From positions 10,741-74,740 of the IMG/VR virus record IMGVR_UViG_3300047299_000128: 64,000 nucleotides of DNA; one strand, given 5' to 3'. Below the pieces are notes generated by a model that did no database searches, was not told where the DNA came from, and saw only the letters and a list, made by a program, of their open reading frames with translations. Numbering within the stretch: position 1 is the first letter of the stretch; each line of letters starts with the position of its first letter. The translations under genes and the position numbers were made by a program. Positions 9,998 to 19,406 of the stretch are shown here, one piece after another. The stretch comes from a virus.

Positions 9998-10107
9998 TTT
10001 AACTGGCTAACGGCAAGGGTTTGACATCCCTTGCCTGTACGTTGGCAACAACGCACTTGGGAAAACATTAGTTTGTCCTCCGTGCCAGTAAACTCAAAGG
10101 AGATAAA

Positions 10108-11364
10108 ATGTCTGAAAATAAACGTAAATTAAAAAGCAGTGGTACTACATCTGAAGTATCATTGGACAAAACAAAAGAGTACAAGTACGACAAGTCCGGT
10201 GCTCTAGTAGTAGCAACGACAGTCGGCGATAACGATATCGTTTTCTCTGGTAGTAAATCAAGTCTTCGTCGTATTTCTGACTTAGAGCGTAACGTTTCTA
10301 TTTTAGCTGCTACATTAACAACTACTGACGGTGACGCAACTGACAGCGACGATAATAGCTTCGATGGTATTTTTACATCACCTGCTCGTTTCAAGTCTAC
10401 TACACGTTTTGACGCCGCAGTTGACGTCCGTGCAGCCGTTGCAATGAACAGCAACAAAATTACAGGTTTAGGTACACCATCTGCTTCTGGCGATGCAGCT
10501 AACAAGTCTTACGTAGACTCTAGTATTTCTGCATTAGTTGCAAGTTCTCCATCTACTTTAGATACACTAAACGAACTAGCAACTGCATTAGGAAACGATG
10601 CAAACTTTTCTACCACAGTAACGGCAAGTATTGGTACAAAATTACAAAAGTCTAATAACTTAAGTGATTTAACTAACGCTGCTGCTGCACGTTCAAACTT
10701 AGGTTTATCCGCAGTAGCATCTAGTGGTTCTTATGCAGATTTATCCGGTAAGCCGACAATTCCTACCGCAGTTAGCTCATTGACAAATGATAGTGCATAT
10801 GTTACTGCCGCAGGCGCACGCGGTGCAGTAAGTTTCGCAGCAGGTTCTGGTGCTTATAACAGTACAACTGGTGTAATTTCTATTCCTACTAATACTAATC
10901 AGTTAGCCAACGGCGCTGGTTTTATTACTGGATATACAGAAACAAGTACATTAGCTCAAGTTACGGCTCGTGGCGCAACAACTACTTCGGCACTAAGCAC
11001 AGGTGCATTAACAGTTAGCGGTGCAATCACTTCTACTGGTGAAATCACAGCTTACTACTCTGACGTTAACTTGAAGAAAGATATTGTTGAGATCGCAGGC
11101 GCTTTAGACAAAGTAGAAGCTATCCGTGGTGTTCACTATCGTCCAAACGAAGCTGCTTTAGGATTAGGTATCGAAGACAAAGCTGAAGTTGGTGTTATTG
11201 CTCAAGAAATTGAAGCAGTTTTACCAGAGTTAGTCGTTGCTTCCGCATTCGAAGGTTATAAGACAGTTAAGTATGACAAGCTAACAGCATTGTTAATCGA
11301 AGCAGTCAAGGAACTAAGTGCTAAAGTGAAGACACTTGAAGCCCAAGTAGGTAAACAGGCCTAA
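10108..11364 (+). CDS. Tail fibre/spike with a C-terminal intramolecular chaperone (peptidase S74) domain
   Basis: DTLNELATALGNDANF motif; C-terminal YSDVNLKKDI...ALDKV..IRGV...GVIAQE...Y.KLTALLIEAVKEL. Confidence 0.85.
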   Translation: MSENKRKLKSSGTTSEVSLDKTKEYKYDKSGALVVATTVGDNDIVFSGSKSSLRRISDLERNVSILAATLTTTDGDATDSDDNSFDGIFTSPARFKSTTRFDAAVDVRAAVAMNSNKITGLGTPSASGDAANKSYVDSSISALVASSPSTLDTLNELATALGNDANFSTTVTASIGTKLQKSNNLSDLTNAAAARSNLGLSAVASSGSYADLSGKPTIPTAVSSLTNDSAYVTAAGARGAVSFAAGSGAYNSTTGVISIPTNTNQLANGAGFITGYTETSTLAQVTARGATTTSALSTGALTVSGAITSTGEITAYYSDVNLKKDIVEIAGALDKVEAIRGVHYRPNEAALGLGIEDKAEVGVIAQEIEAVLPELVVASAFEGYKTVKYDKLTALLIEAVKELSAKVKTLEAQVGKQA

Positions 11365-11440
11365 TTAATTTCCAAAATTTAGTTAGAGTTTTAACCGGCT
11401 CTAACTAAAAGGATAAATATCAATAACAGGAGATTAAGAT

Positions 11441-11659
11441 ATGCCTTTACCATCATCGGGTACTCAATATGTGTTACCAGCAACTGGTTCTGAAATCGTC
11501 ATGGGTAGAATCAAACAAGCGTACACTAATGTACAAGCAGAAGCAGGCCAAAACATTGGCTTAAGCGGTACGTTAGGTGGCTATGTCGGACAAGCCTCTG
11601 GCACTCAAATTACATTGAGTTCTAGATTCGGTGGCAAGACAACACCATATGGCTATTAA
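11441..11659 (+). CDS. Small virion-associated protein
   Basis: AGGAG RBS; late promoter GATAAATA at 11412; Gly-rich. Confidence 0.6.
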   Translation: MPLPSSGTQYVLPATGSEIVMGRIKQAYTNVQAEAGQNIGLSGTLGGYVGQASGTQITLSSRFGGKTTPYGY

Positions 11660-11683
11660 TTTTTAACTTAGAAATTAGTACAT

Positions 11684-11714
11684 AAATACCTCAAACTAAC
11701 ACTTTGAGGTATTT
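11684..11714 (+). promoter_or_regulatory. Late promoter overlapping an RBS-sequestering hairpin
   Basis: AAATACCTCAAA/TTTGAGGTATTT 12-bp stem; CATAAATA overlaps the 5' arm and GAGG lies in the 3' arm. Confidence 0.65.
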
Positions 11715-11716
11715 TT

Positions 11717-12277
11717 ATGGCTACGAAAAAAACAAAACAAGAACTAAAGCATGCAGAACTATTTGCAACATGCCCATATCCAATTAGCAGTGATTTTGAA
11801 TTAACAAATTTTGAAAACTCGTCTGGCGCAGGATATGCAAGACATATTATTGATATTGTAAATAAAATTAGAAAAATCGAAAGCGATTTGGCAACAGAGA
11901 CAGGGGATTTTGAAATAAAATCACTTGAAGCTGAATACACTACATTAGTTGCTTACTTAGACACGCAAGAACCTGCAACATTACAACAAGCTGTAGGAAA
12001 TTGGCAACATACAGAGTCCGAATACTGGATTGAATATTTGGGTAAATTATCCGCAGTTGAATTGTTAACATTCGGTAAACCCACGTTAGAAACTATGACC
12101 AAAATGGTCAAGCTACCTGAAGATGATTATATTAAAGCAACGCAGATTTGCGTATCTTTAGCAAATGCAATACAACAAGCAACTGTAGCAGCCGAACAAT
12201 CACTGGGTGGGGTAGCAGTCCAGCAAGAACCTACACCTGCTCCTAAAAAGAAACTAAACTTAAAAAAAGTTAAATGA
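11717..12277 (+). CDS. Hypothetical protein
   Basis: 186-aa ORF with GAGG RBS and late promoter; ATGA overlap with the next gene. Confidence 0.7.
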   Translation: MATKKTKQELKHAELFATCPYPISSDFELTNFENSSGAGYARHIIDIVNKIRKIESDLATETGDFEIKSLEAEYTTLVAYLDTQEPATLQQAVGNWQHTESEYWIEYLGKLSAVELLTFGKPTLETMTKMVKLPEDDYIKATQICVSLANAIQQATVAAEQSLGGVAVQQEPTPAPKKKLNLKKVK

Positions 12278-12912
12278 AAAATCAAGACGTAAGATTGGCA
12301 GTATGTATTCCATGTAGAGATACTATGCACAGTGCATGCTCATTTTCTCTTTATAATTTGGCAAAAGTATTAACTGAATTTGGTATTACGCATACTATGT
12401 TCATGAGCCCTGGAACATTGATTGCCAACCAACGACATGAATTAGTCAAGACGGCGAAAGAATGGCAAGCAACACATGTATTGTTTATCGACAGCGATAT
12501 TGAATTCGAAGCACATCACGTATTAAAACTAATAGAGTTCGAAGAACTTATAGTCGGTGCCGCATATAGTAAACGTGTAGAACCTATTATAACAACAGCG
12601 TGGCACACATTATACGACTGGGATAGTTGGGTGCGTGTTGAAGAGCAAACAGATAGTCACATTAAAATACAAGCTATGGGCCTGGGATTTTGTCTTATAG
12701 AAACAAAAGTATTTGATCAACTTGATTTGCCGTGGTTCCAATTAGGATTCTATAACGGACAATACACCGGCGAAGATATTGAATTTTTTAGAAAGTGTAA
12801 CGAAGCAGGAATTCCTATTTGGTTAGACATACAAACTACTTGCGAGCTGGGCCATTTAGGAACTAAATCATTTAAAGTCGTTGACGGTATTGAAGTAAAC
12901 CTTGCCACTTAA
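12274..12912 (+). CDS. GT-A fold (family 2-like) glycosyltransferase
   Basis: CIPCRD start; LFIDSD (DxD) motif; GEDIEFF; ELGHLG. Confidence 0.75.
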   Translation: MKNQDVRLAVCIPCRDTMHSACSFSLYNLAKVLTEFGITHTMFMSPGTLIANQRHELVKTAKEWQATHVLFIDSDIEFEAHHVLKLIEFEELIVGAAYSKRVEPIITTAWHTLYDWDSWVRVEEQTDSHIKIQAMGLGFCLIETKVFDQLDLPWFQLGFYNGQYTGEDIEFFRKCNEAGIPIWLDIQTTCELGHLGTKSFKVVDGIEVNLAT

Positions 12913-13261
12913 CCAGCCAACGATTTAATCTAATAACGTTCACTTGAGCAGAGCTTTGAAAATATGCATCTTCGAGCGAACGTTGTATTTCTAAATCACG
13001 TTGCGTTGTTTCTTTGAGTAAATCTAGTGTACAATCTGCTTCGCTTAATAATAGTTGCAACAGCGGGTGCGAAATATTTTCGTTATTAAGTAAATGTTGG
13101 ATTTGTAAATACCAACGTTCTACATAACAAGTCTCTGGCTTATAAAGCGTATTTAAAAGAGGATTGTTAAGCCTACTGTCCCAGCAGTAGTATAAATCTA
13201 CAGCTTTTGCTGATTTAAGAGGTTGTTCCTTCTTGGGAAACGGTATTATCTCTGCTGACAT
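12872..13261 (-). CDS. Hypothetical protein
   Basis: 129-aa ORF (MSAEIIPFPK) at the end of the minus-strand operon. Confidence 0.6.
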   Translation of the reverse strand: MSAEIIPFPKKEQPLKSAKAVDLYYCWDSRLNNPLLNTLYKPETCYVERWYLQIQHLLNNENISHPLLQLLLSEADCTLDLLKETTQRDLEIQRSLEDAYFQSSAQVNVIRLNRWLVKWQGLLQYRQRL

Positions 13262-13691
13262 TTTTCTTATCGATCCAAGTATAAAAATTCTTAAATTTAG
13301 CCTTGAGTCTTGATGAGCTTAACATTTGTTTGGCTTTTGGATGCATTGGGCTCGGTAAGCTATCTATGCTGGTCCACGCATAGCCACTATTTTCCCAATT
13401 TAGCTCTGGAACAAATTCTTTATTCACTAGCACAATATACGTGTCGTATATAAAATCCTTGCTACGACTTTGATAACTATGCAGCGGGAGAATTTTTTTA
13501 ATTTTAGTTAAATTGAGTTCTTCTTTTAATTCTCTCTTAAGAGCATCCACGAGTTGTTCGTCCGCTTCTACACGGCCTCCTGCAAATGCCCAGGTGTCGG
13601 GATAACTTTCGTCCGGACTGCGAAGCACTGTCATGACCCTGCCTGTTTCCTCGCTAACTATAATTGCCCCTACACCTTTAAACTGCTTCAC
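13215..13691 (-). CDS. NUDIX hydrolase
   Basis: Nudix box GGRVEADEQLVDALKRELKEEL; start revised to GTG at 13691 (GGAG RBS, GTGA overlap with gp15 stop). Confidence 0.85.
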   Translation of the reverse strand: MKQFKGVGAIIVSEETGRVMTVLRSPDESYPDTWAFAGGRVEADEQLVDALKRELKEELNLTKIKKILPLHSYQSRSKDFIYDTYIVLVNKEFVPELNWENSGYAWTSIDSLPSPMHPKAKQMLSSSRLKAKFKNFYTWIDKKNVSRDNTVSQEGTTS

Positions 13692-15040
13692 AAATAAATT
13701 CTCCACCAGCCGTTTTGATAAGTGCCTTCTACTGCACTGATCCATTGACCATTACGCCATTCATATAACAAACTGCTAGTTGTATTTAACACTACGGCAT
13801 TAGAGTTGCTAGCACTATCAAAGCTAACAATCCAACCACTGCCATTATATTCGACAATATCATTTGCTTTAGCATTTACTATGCCCCAATGAGTACTATT
13901 AGGAATATCTTCTATAACTAGATAACGCTGCCCTAATACTGCTACAGGTAAGCCTAATCCAGGTGCAACTTTAGTGGGATTTATTACGGCGGTGATTGCA
14001 GCCACTGTAGAGTCCGGTAAGCTATTCGAGTCGATAGTTATGTTTACTATGTTAGGAGTTTCTGGATCTATACTATCCATAGTTGCGATAATATCCTGAC
14101 TGGCATCGCTTGGATCTAATCCTCTACGTAGTCTAATATTACTAATGCCTAAATTAAGTTGTCCATACGGGGTTAGTATGTTTTCCCATGTTAGTAAATT
14201 TCCATCGTCATCGGTAGTGCCCCCACTTTTGTTTAATAGCGTAGCCCTATCGCCTTCGATTCTAACTTGTAGCTTTAAGTTTTCGAACGTGACTAACACC
14301 CATTGTTTATGTGGGATAGGATCGCCCGGGACCCATTCTTCTATTTCATTGTCTTTAAGTTTTTTAATTTCGGTTAAGATAGAATGAATAAGAGTTTGTC
14401 TTTTGACCTTTGCTGGAGGATTCATTAGCATTGGAATAACAAAGTTAAGAGCAGAAACATCAATAATATCGTCTGTGCCCATTGGCACTTGACGAACGCT
14501 CCAAACAGAGTTTACTAATTCAGTATATGTTAAGTTCGACCAATCAAACGGATTGTCATTAAGTTTTAAGTTGATGCTAGGATTAAACAGCACTAGCATT
14601 TGTTCTAATATTTGAAATTTTTGATCTGTATTACTAGTCCATACGTCTACTTGAACAGTCAAGTCATATGGGACTGGCATGTATCGTTCGATGGTATAAG
14701 TGTTCCCAATCTCGCCGTCGATGTATTCTCCTGCGGTAGGATCAAACTTCTTTTCATACACTCTGACTTTATCCACGTGAGTTGGATTTAGTCTGCGTTC
14801 GGCACTGATTTGCATGTCGGTTATATAGCAGCTAATAAACGGAACAGTGTTGATAGAGTTCTCACTTTGATTCTTCATTATGTGAGCAGCCATACGGTTA
14901 ATGTCGCCGTATCTAACAGGTACTTGGATATAGCTTTCGGTGCCATCTCTGCCTTTGCCGGTTTTAACGCTAAAACCTCCTAGTATTCTCATAAACTGAG
15001 TAAGATAGCGTCTTATTTGATCATCGAAAAAATATTGCAT
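13688..15040 (-). CDS. gp15: Tail sheath stabiliser/terminator (T4 gp15-like)
   Basis: FFDDQIRRY...VPVRYG...MPVPYDL...QILEQ.LVLFNP motifs of gp15. Confidence 0.8.
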   Translation of the reverse strand: MQYFFDDQIRRYLTQFMRILGGFSVKTGKGRDGTESYIQVPVRYGDINRMAAHIMKNQSENSINTVPFISCYITDMQISAERRLNPTHVDKVRVYEKKFDPTAGEYIDGEIGNTYTIERYMPVPYDLTVQVDVWTSNTDQKFQILEQMLVLFNPSINLKLNDNPFDWSNLTYTELVNSVWSVRQVPMGTDDIIDVSALNFVIPMLMNPPAKVKRQTLIHSILTEIKKLKDNEIEEWVPGDPIPHKQWVLVTFENLKLQVRIEGDRATLLNKSGGTTDDDGNLLTWENILTPYGQLNLGISNIRLRRGLDPSDASQDIIATMDSIDPETPNIVNITIDSNSLPDSTVAAITAVINPTKVAPGLGLPVAVLGQRYLVIEDIPNSTHWGIVNAKANDIVEYNGSGWIVSFDSASNSNAVVLNTTSSLLYEWRNGQWISAVEGTYQNGWWRIYL

Positions 15041-15042
15041 GT

Positions 15043-16089
15043 TTAATAATCCGTTTTTGGTTTAATAACTTGGCTAAGTGCTTGGCGTTCCGGCATTTCC
15101 TCGCCACCTATTACAGTAGTTGCGGTATTGTTGATAAACGGTGCAGCGTTTAGTACGCGATCCTTAACGTCAACTGCACCCGATTGCATTTCCATACGTT
15201 GCCATCTTGTTCCTCTATATGCAAATAGCGCAGGCGGAGTATAATCTGTGCGCAAGAAAAAATCTCCTTGCGTTGGGTTTAACGGGAAACTTAAACCCTG
15301 ATTTAATTCTTCACCGTGATCATATTCTGCATTAGCATATGACTGGTATTGTTTGCTAATATCCTGTACAATGTTTCCGCCTTGGTCCATGATAGTAGGA
15401 GCCAGTTGTTCGCCACGTTTGACAATAGCGTTGCTGATTTCCAATTCTTTTTGGTAAGTGCTTAGTGCGTCTTTTAACGTATCTACTCCATTGTCCGCAG
15501 GTTGGGATAAAATATCTCTATATTCCTGAGCATCTGTCATCGGGCTTGCTTTGATACGCCAAATATGCGGATACCATGTTTGACTAAAACCTTCCGCAGC
15601 ACGACTAGCATCCTGGATAACATAAAATTTGTTAACTGCGGGCTTGCTAGTGTCTAATAACAAATCATCTCTAACGTGAGGAAGTTCGATAACATCGCCT
15701 GCCATAAGTTTGCGTCCCATTCTATCTACCATGTCGTTGGTATGGAAACTGACATAGATAGTATCCGCACTTAAAAACAAACCAAATTGTGTTAAATCAA
15801 AGTCCTGGTCGCCTACGTTGTAAACGCCCCTGAGTTCGTAAACATCTGGATCGTAAATCCTATCTCGATTTTCCAATAGCAACAAGTCTTGAATTTTTGT
15901 CTCATTTAATTCGCTTTCTGCTGCATAATTTGGTTTGGTAGGATCATTGCTTGCACCCTGATCCGCGGGCTGTAAATATTTGTGGACTAAAACGGCAGTG
16001 CCTCCCACCAGGAATTGCTCACGGATGAGCTTGTCCATAAAGTGGAAGTCGTTTGTTCGTTCATTTTTCCAAAGGCTTAATCTTGGCAT
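15043..16089 (-). CDS. gp14: Neck/head-closure protein (T4 gp14-like)
   Basis: LTQFGLFL...GDVIELP motifs; adjacent to gp15; minus-strand late promoter GGTAAATA at 16098-16105. Confidence 0.7.
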   Translation of the reverse strand: MPRLSLWKNERTNDFHFMDKLIREQFLVGGTAVLVHKYLQPADQGASNDPTKPNYAAESELNETKIQDLLLLENRDRIYDPDVYELRGVYNVGDQDFDLTQFGLFLSADTIYVSFHTNDMVDRMGRKLMAGDVIELPHVRDDLLLDTSKPAVNKFYVIQDASRAAEGFSQTWYPHIWRIKASPMTDAQEYRDILSQPADNGVDTLKDALSTYQKELEISNAIVKRGEQLAPTIMDQGGNIVQDISKQYQSYANAEYDHGEELNQGLSFPLNPTQGDFFLRTDYTPPALFAYRGTRWQRMEMQSGAVDVKDRVLNAAPFINNTATTVIGGEEMPERQALSQVIKPKTDY

Positions 16090-16116
16090 AGTATAAGTAT
16101 TTACCTAAATTTTTAA

Positions 16117-16145
16117 TAGACACAAATTGATTTTGGTTATATAAT
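16117..16145 (+). promoter_or_regulatory. Sigma70-type early promoter
   Basis: TAGACA-caaattgattttggtta (17 nt)-TATAAT. Confidence 0.8.
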
Positions 16146-16169
16146 ACACTTATTGCAATAAGGAACCGT

Positions 16170-16337
16170 ATGAAAAACACCATTTTTTATTTTGCAAATC
16201 TTGCACTACTGCCCTTGGCATGTGTGGTGTTTTTTGCTGTGAACATGTTTAAACTGACACGGCAAGCGATTCGGTGGACAGTAAGCGATATTACAAGTTC
16301 GTATCATGCTAACCGTAGGTATTACAACAGAAAGTAA
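16170..16337 (+). CDS. 55-aa small membrane protein (not in the ORF track)
   Basis: AAGGA RBS after the early promoter; MKNTIFYFANLALLPLACVVFFAVNMF... hydrophobic N-terminus. Confidence 0.6.
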   Translation: MKNTIFYFANLALLPLACVVFFAVNMFKLTRQAIRWTVSDITSSYHANRRYYNRK

Positions 16338-16342
16338 ACAGT

Positions 16343-16573
16343 ATGCTAACAGCGGCAAAAATTAAAACTTTAGTAGACATTAGCCCCGAAGTATTAGCTA
16401 CTATGTTTAAAACTTTAAAAAAGAAAAAAGTTAAGTTTAAAACTGTCAATTTTTTGGGTATTACAAACGGCGGCGATTTTTGTTACCATGTGACATTTTT
16501 TGACGACGAACAAGCAGAAAAAGTCTTTGTCAAATACGATCATGTAAACGATAGTATTACAGTTGATTATTGA
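16343..16573 (+). CDS. Hypothetical early protein
   Basis: 76-aa ORF; stop TGA lies within the next -35 box. Confidence 0.65.
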   Translation: MLTAAKIKTLVDISPEVLATMFKTLKKKKVKFKTVNFLGITNGGDFCYHVTFFDDEQAEKVFVKYDHVNDSITVDY

Positions 16574-16598
16574 CACAAATTGGCTAATCCTATACAAT
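16570..16598 (+). promoter_or_regulatory. Sigma70-type early promoter
   Basis: TTGACA-caaattggctaatccta (17 nt)-TACAAT. Confidence 0.8.
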
Positions 16599-16628
16599 AG
16601 AAGTATTGTAAGTAATAAGGCACGACAA

Positions 16629-17039
16629 ATGGAAACCAAAGTAGAAGGCAGTCGCAGAAACAGAAAGTTTGTAGAGGCACTACTGCCTTCTATGTTGTCG
16701 CAACTCAAACTGGACAACTGCACCAGAGCTTTGCTCGTCCGAGTCGAAGACGAGTGCGGGGATAACCAAGGCTTTACGCTGGACCTGACACCCGCAACAG
16801 GATCTTATTTGGTTATTATCAAACCAAACCGTAAGCTAAAAGAAATTGGACTAACACTTGCACACGAATTAGTGCATGTTAAACAAATGGCCAAGGGTAT
16901 TCTCAAAAGCACCAAAACCGGTGCTACGGTTTGGGCAGGTAAACGATACTCTAAAAAAACAAAGTATCTCGACCAGCCATGGGAAATCGAAGCGTTTAGT
17001 CGCCAAGAACTAATCCTTCGCCGTGCAATAGAAGAATAA
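16629..17039 (+). CDS. HExxH zinc metallopeptidase-like protein
   Basis: TLAHELVHVKQ...QPWEIEA; start revised to ATG 16629, downstream of the promoter. Confidence 0.75.
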   Translation: METKVEGSRRNRKFVEALLPSMLSQLKLDNCTRALLVRVEDECGDNQGFTLDLTPATGSYLVIIKPNRKLKEIGLTLAHELVHVKQMAKGILKSTKTGATVWAGKRYSKKTKYLDQPWEIEAFSRQELILRRAIEE

Positions 17040-17079
17040 CAGACTAACAAACATAAACACTCTTTTTAGGAATATAAAG

Positions 17080-18267
17080 ATGGCAACCAAACGAACAGTT
17101 AAAACAAATGACAAACTGGCATGGCGATTTGAAGCACCGGCCAAAGTGGTACACTATCGCGAAGCCGACTCTAAGTATGTCGGTGATGAACCAACTTACC
17201 CCGAAGTCGAAATCCAGCGCAAGTGGTCTACTAGTGAATACCAAGTGCAATTGATGCGCACACTTAATTGGTATGCACATACACAAGATAAAAAGAAAAG
17301 CGCAGAATGGATGGCTGCCTTTTTGGAACGCAACCCAAAACGAGCAGAGCTAGCCAAGTCTATTCGCCGCGGTGATGCATGGCCCGGCCCTACTGTAGGG
17401 TTTGCCCTGCGAGCCGGGCGTGTTGGTCTCGAACTTCGTTTTGGCACACTTCGCCGCTTGGTTAAATTGCTTAAACAAGCCGATGCCGAAAAAACTACTA
17501 CAGCAACAGTAGAAGAAGTTAAAGACGAAAAGCCAAAGTTTAATATTCAAGAACGTATGGCAGAAAAAACATCCGAGTTCCTGGGCGAGCTCGAAGGTCG
17601 ATTTGATGACTTTATGAATGAGTTTAAAGGAGATCCTAAGCTAGTAGAGCTTATGACTACAATGAACGTTCCGGCAGTGCAAGTTAAGGCAGTGCAGGAA
17701 TTTATTAACAAAAAGATTGCAGAGTTTGAAGAAGTTAACTCTACCAAAGACAGTCAAGTGGTCGAAGCATACAAACACTTGGGCAAACGACAAGTCAATG
17801 CCATTATCAAATGGTGGCAACAAGCCCTGACGGATGCTAACAGCTACAACGTGGTTAAGAAAGCCGCCAAGGCTCCTCGTAAGAAGAAAGCAGTGACTCC
17901 TGAAAAGGTAGTTAGTAAACTCAAGTATATGAAAGAGTTTGCAGAGCTTAAGTTGAAAAGTGTGGACCCGACACAGATTGTCACAGCGACAGAACTTTGG
18001 GTTTATAATACAAAGAACCGTAAGTTGGGTCTTTACATTGTGGACCAATATGCAGGAGCGCTGACTGTTAAGAATAGCTCTATTGTAGGATTTGATGCTA
18101 CTGCAAGTGTACAAAAGACACTTCGCAAGCCAGCAGATCAACTTAAAGATCTTGCAAGCAACGGCAAACCGGCTGCAAAAAAATGGTTTAAGACAGTCAA
18201 GGCAACTGAGACTAAACTAAATGGTCGCATTAGCCCTGACATGATCCTTTTGAAAGCATACAAATGA
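17080..18267 (+). CDS. Hypothetical protein of a T4-like phage family
   Basis: 395 aa; AGGA RBS; C-terminal WVYNTKNRKL...KTLRKP...NGRI motif. Confidence 0.7.
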   Translation: MATKRTVKTNDKLAWRFEAPAKVVHYREADSKYVGDEPTYPEVEIQRKWSTSEYQVQLMRTLNWYAHTQDKKKSAEWMAAFLERNPKRAELAKSIRRGDAWPGPTVGFALRAGRVGLELRFGTLRRLVKLLKQADAEKTTTATVEEVKDEKPKFNIQERMAEKTSEFLGELEGRFDDFMNEFKGDPKLVELMTTMNVPAVQVKAVQEFINKKIAEFEEVNSTKDSQVVEAYKHLGKRQVNAIIKWWQQALTDANSYNVVKKAAKAPRKKKAVTPEKVVSKLKYMKEFAELKLKSVDPTQIVTATELWVYNTKNRKLGLYIVDQYAGALTVKNSSIVGFDATASVQKTLRKPADQLKDLASNGKPAAKKWFKTVKATETKLNGRISPDMILLKAYK

Positions 18268-19367
18268 AAAAAATTATTACATTAATATGTGTTTTGGTAA
18301 ATTGTTATATTGGCAATTCTGTTGCAAATGATTTGCCCTTTGCAGACAACATCTCTAAAGGATACAGGACTCTGGCTAGAGTCGAATATACTAAGTCCCC
18401 CAAGGACGAAAAAGTCATAAAGAAAAACATTAACAACGAAACAAAGCCACTATTAGATAGTGTGTTTCAATATACGGGTGCCCGGGCATTGCTTGTGTCG
18501 CAAGGCGATGATTTAATATATGAAAAATATTCTTCTTGGGGAGGAAGTCGCAATACTCCTTTAGGATATTCCATGTCGAAGAGCTTAACTGCCTTGGCAG
18601 TCGGACATGTTATTTGTGATGGACATATTAAATCAATTAATGACCCGTTGGGGAAATATGTCAAAGACTTAAAAGGAACCACATGGGGTGACGCGAGTAT
18701 TCGAGACGTGCTCATGATGTCTAGTGGAGCGTTTCAAACTATTCCACAATTTAACGGGCACAAACACTTCGAGGGTAGTAAACGACTTGGCGACACCGTT
18801 CACACTGCTAGTATGAACGAAAATTTTATTGATATAATGAAAGAACAAGACGACCGGACTTATGCTCCTGGTTCTCAATTTAATTATTCAAATTTAGATA
18901 CTATTGCGCTTGGACTCTTGATCCAAAATACAGTAGGCGAATCGTTTGCAAAATACTTTGAACGCACAGTTTGGTATCATGTTGGCGCCGAAGATAATGG
19001 AGCTTGGTTTATTACTAATAAAAATCAAGCGTCGACTTATCATGGGTTTAGTGCTCGCCCGCACGACTGGATAAGGATAGGTCAGTATGTGTTGCAAGAA
19101 CGCAAAAAAGATACATGTTATGGTAATTATATCAAAGAAGCAACATCTGCACAAATTGTTTCTTCCGGATTGGCTCAAAAATACGGATATCAAATCTGGG
19201 TAAATTGTGCCCCCGATGTGGATTTTTGTTTTATAGGTTGGGCAGGTCAATATCTATTATTCAACCTAGAAAAGAATTTAGTAGTTTACCAGCACGGAGC
19301 TTCTCATAGTTCTAATATATACAGCATGCCTCGCAAGGTCCAAACCTTTATAGATAAAGTAAAGTAA
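18264..19367 (+). CDS. Secreted serine hydrolase of the beta-lactamase/class C fold
   Basis: Signal peptide; SxxK (SMSK); LMMSSG; YxN (FNYSN); GWAGQ. Confidence 0.8.
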   Translation: MKKIITLICVLVNCYIGNSVANDLPFADNISKGYRTLARVEYTKSPKDEKVIKKNINNETKPLLDSVFQYTGARALLVSQGDDLIYEKYSSWGGSRNTPLGYSMSKSLTALAVGHVICDGHIKSINDPLGKYVKDLKGTTWGDASIRDVLMMSSGAFQTIPQFNGHKHFEGSKRLGDTVHTASMNENFIDIMKEQDDRTYAPGSQFNYSNLDTIALGLLIQNTVGESFAKYFERTVWYHVGAEDNGAWFITNKNQASTYHGFSARPHDWIRIGQYVLQERKKDTCYGNYIKEATSAQIVSSGLAQKYGYQIWVNCAPDVDFCFIGWAGQYLLFNLEKNLVVYQHGASHSSNIYSMPRKVQTFIDKVK

Positions 19368-19369
19368 TC

Positions 19370-19404
19370 AAAATCTCCCGCTAAATACATTATCGGGAGA
19401 TTTT
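19370..19404 (+). promoter_or_regulatory. Hairpin with a late promoter in the loop and the gp13 RBS in the stem (possibly also a terminator)
   Basis: AAAATCTCCCG-ctaaatacattat-CGGGAGATTTT, then ttATG. Confidence 0.7.
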
Positions 19405-19406
19405 TT

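Noticed and set aside
10021-10050. TTGACA as a promoter -35 box
   Set aside because: No -10 box at 16-18 nt; it lies in a hairpin loop
943-10505. Many antisense and alternative-frame ORFs within the fibre genes
   Set aside because: Shadows of GCT/ACT-rich repetitive codons; no RBS or promoter support
18264-19367. Bona fide antibiotic-resistance gene
   Set aside because: Lacks the KTG triad of AmpC; motifs fit the broader serine hydrolase family
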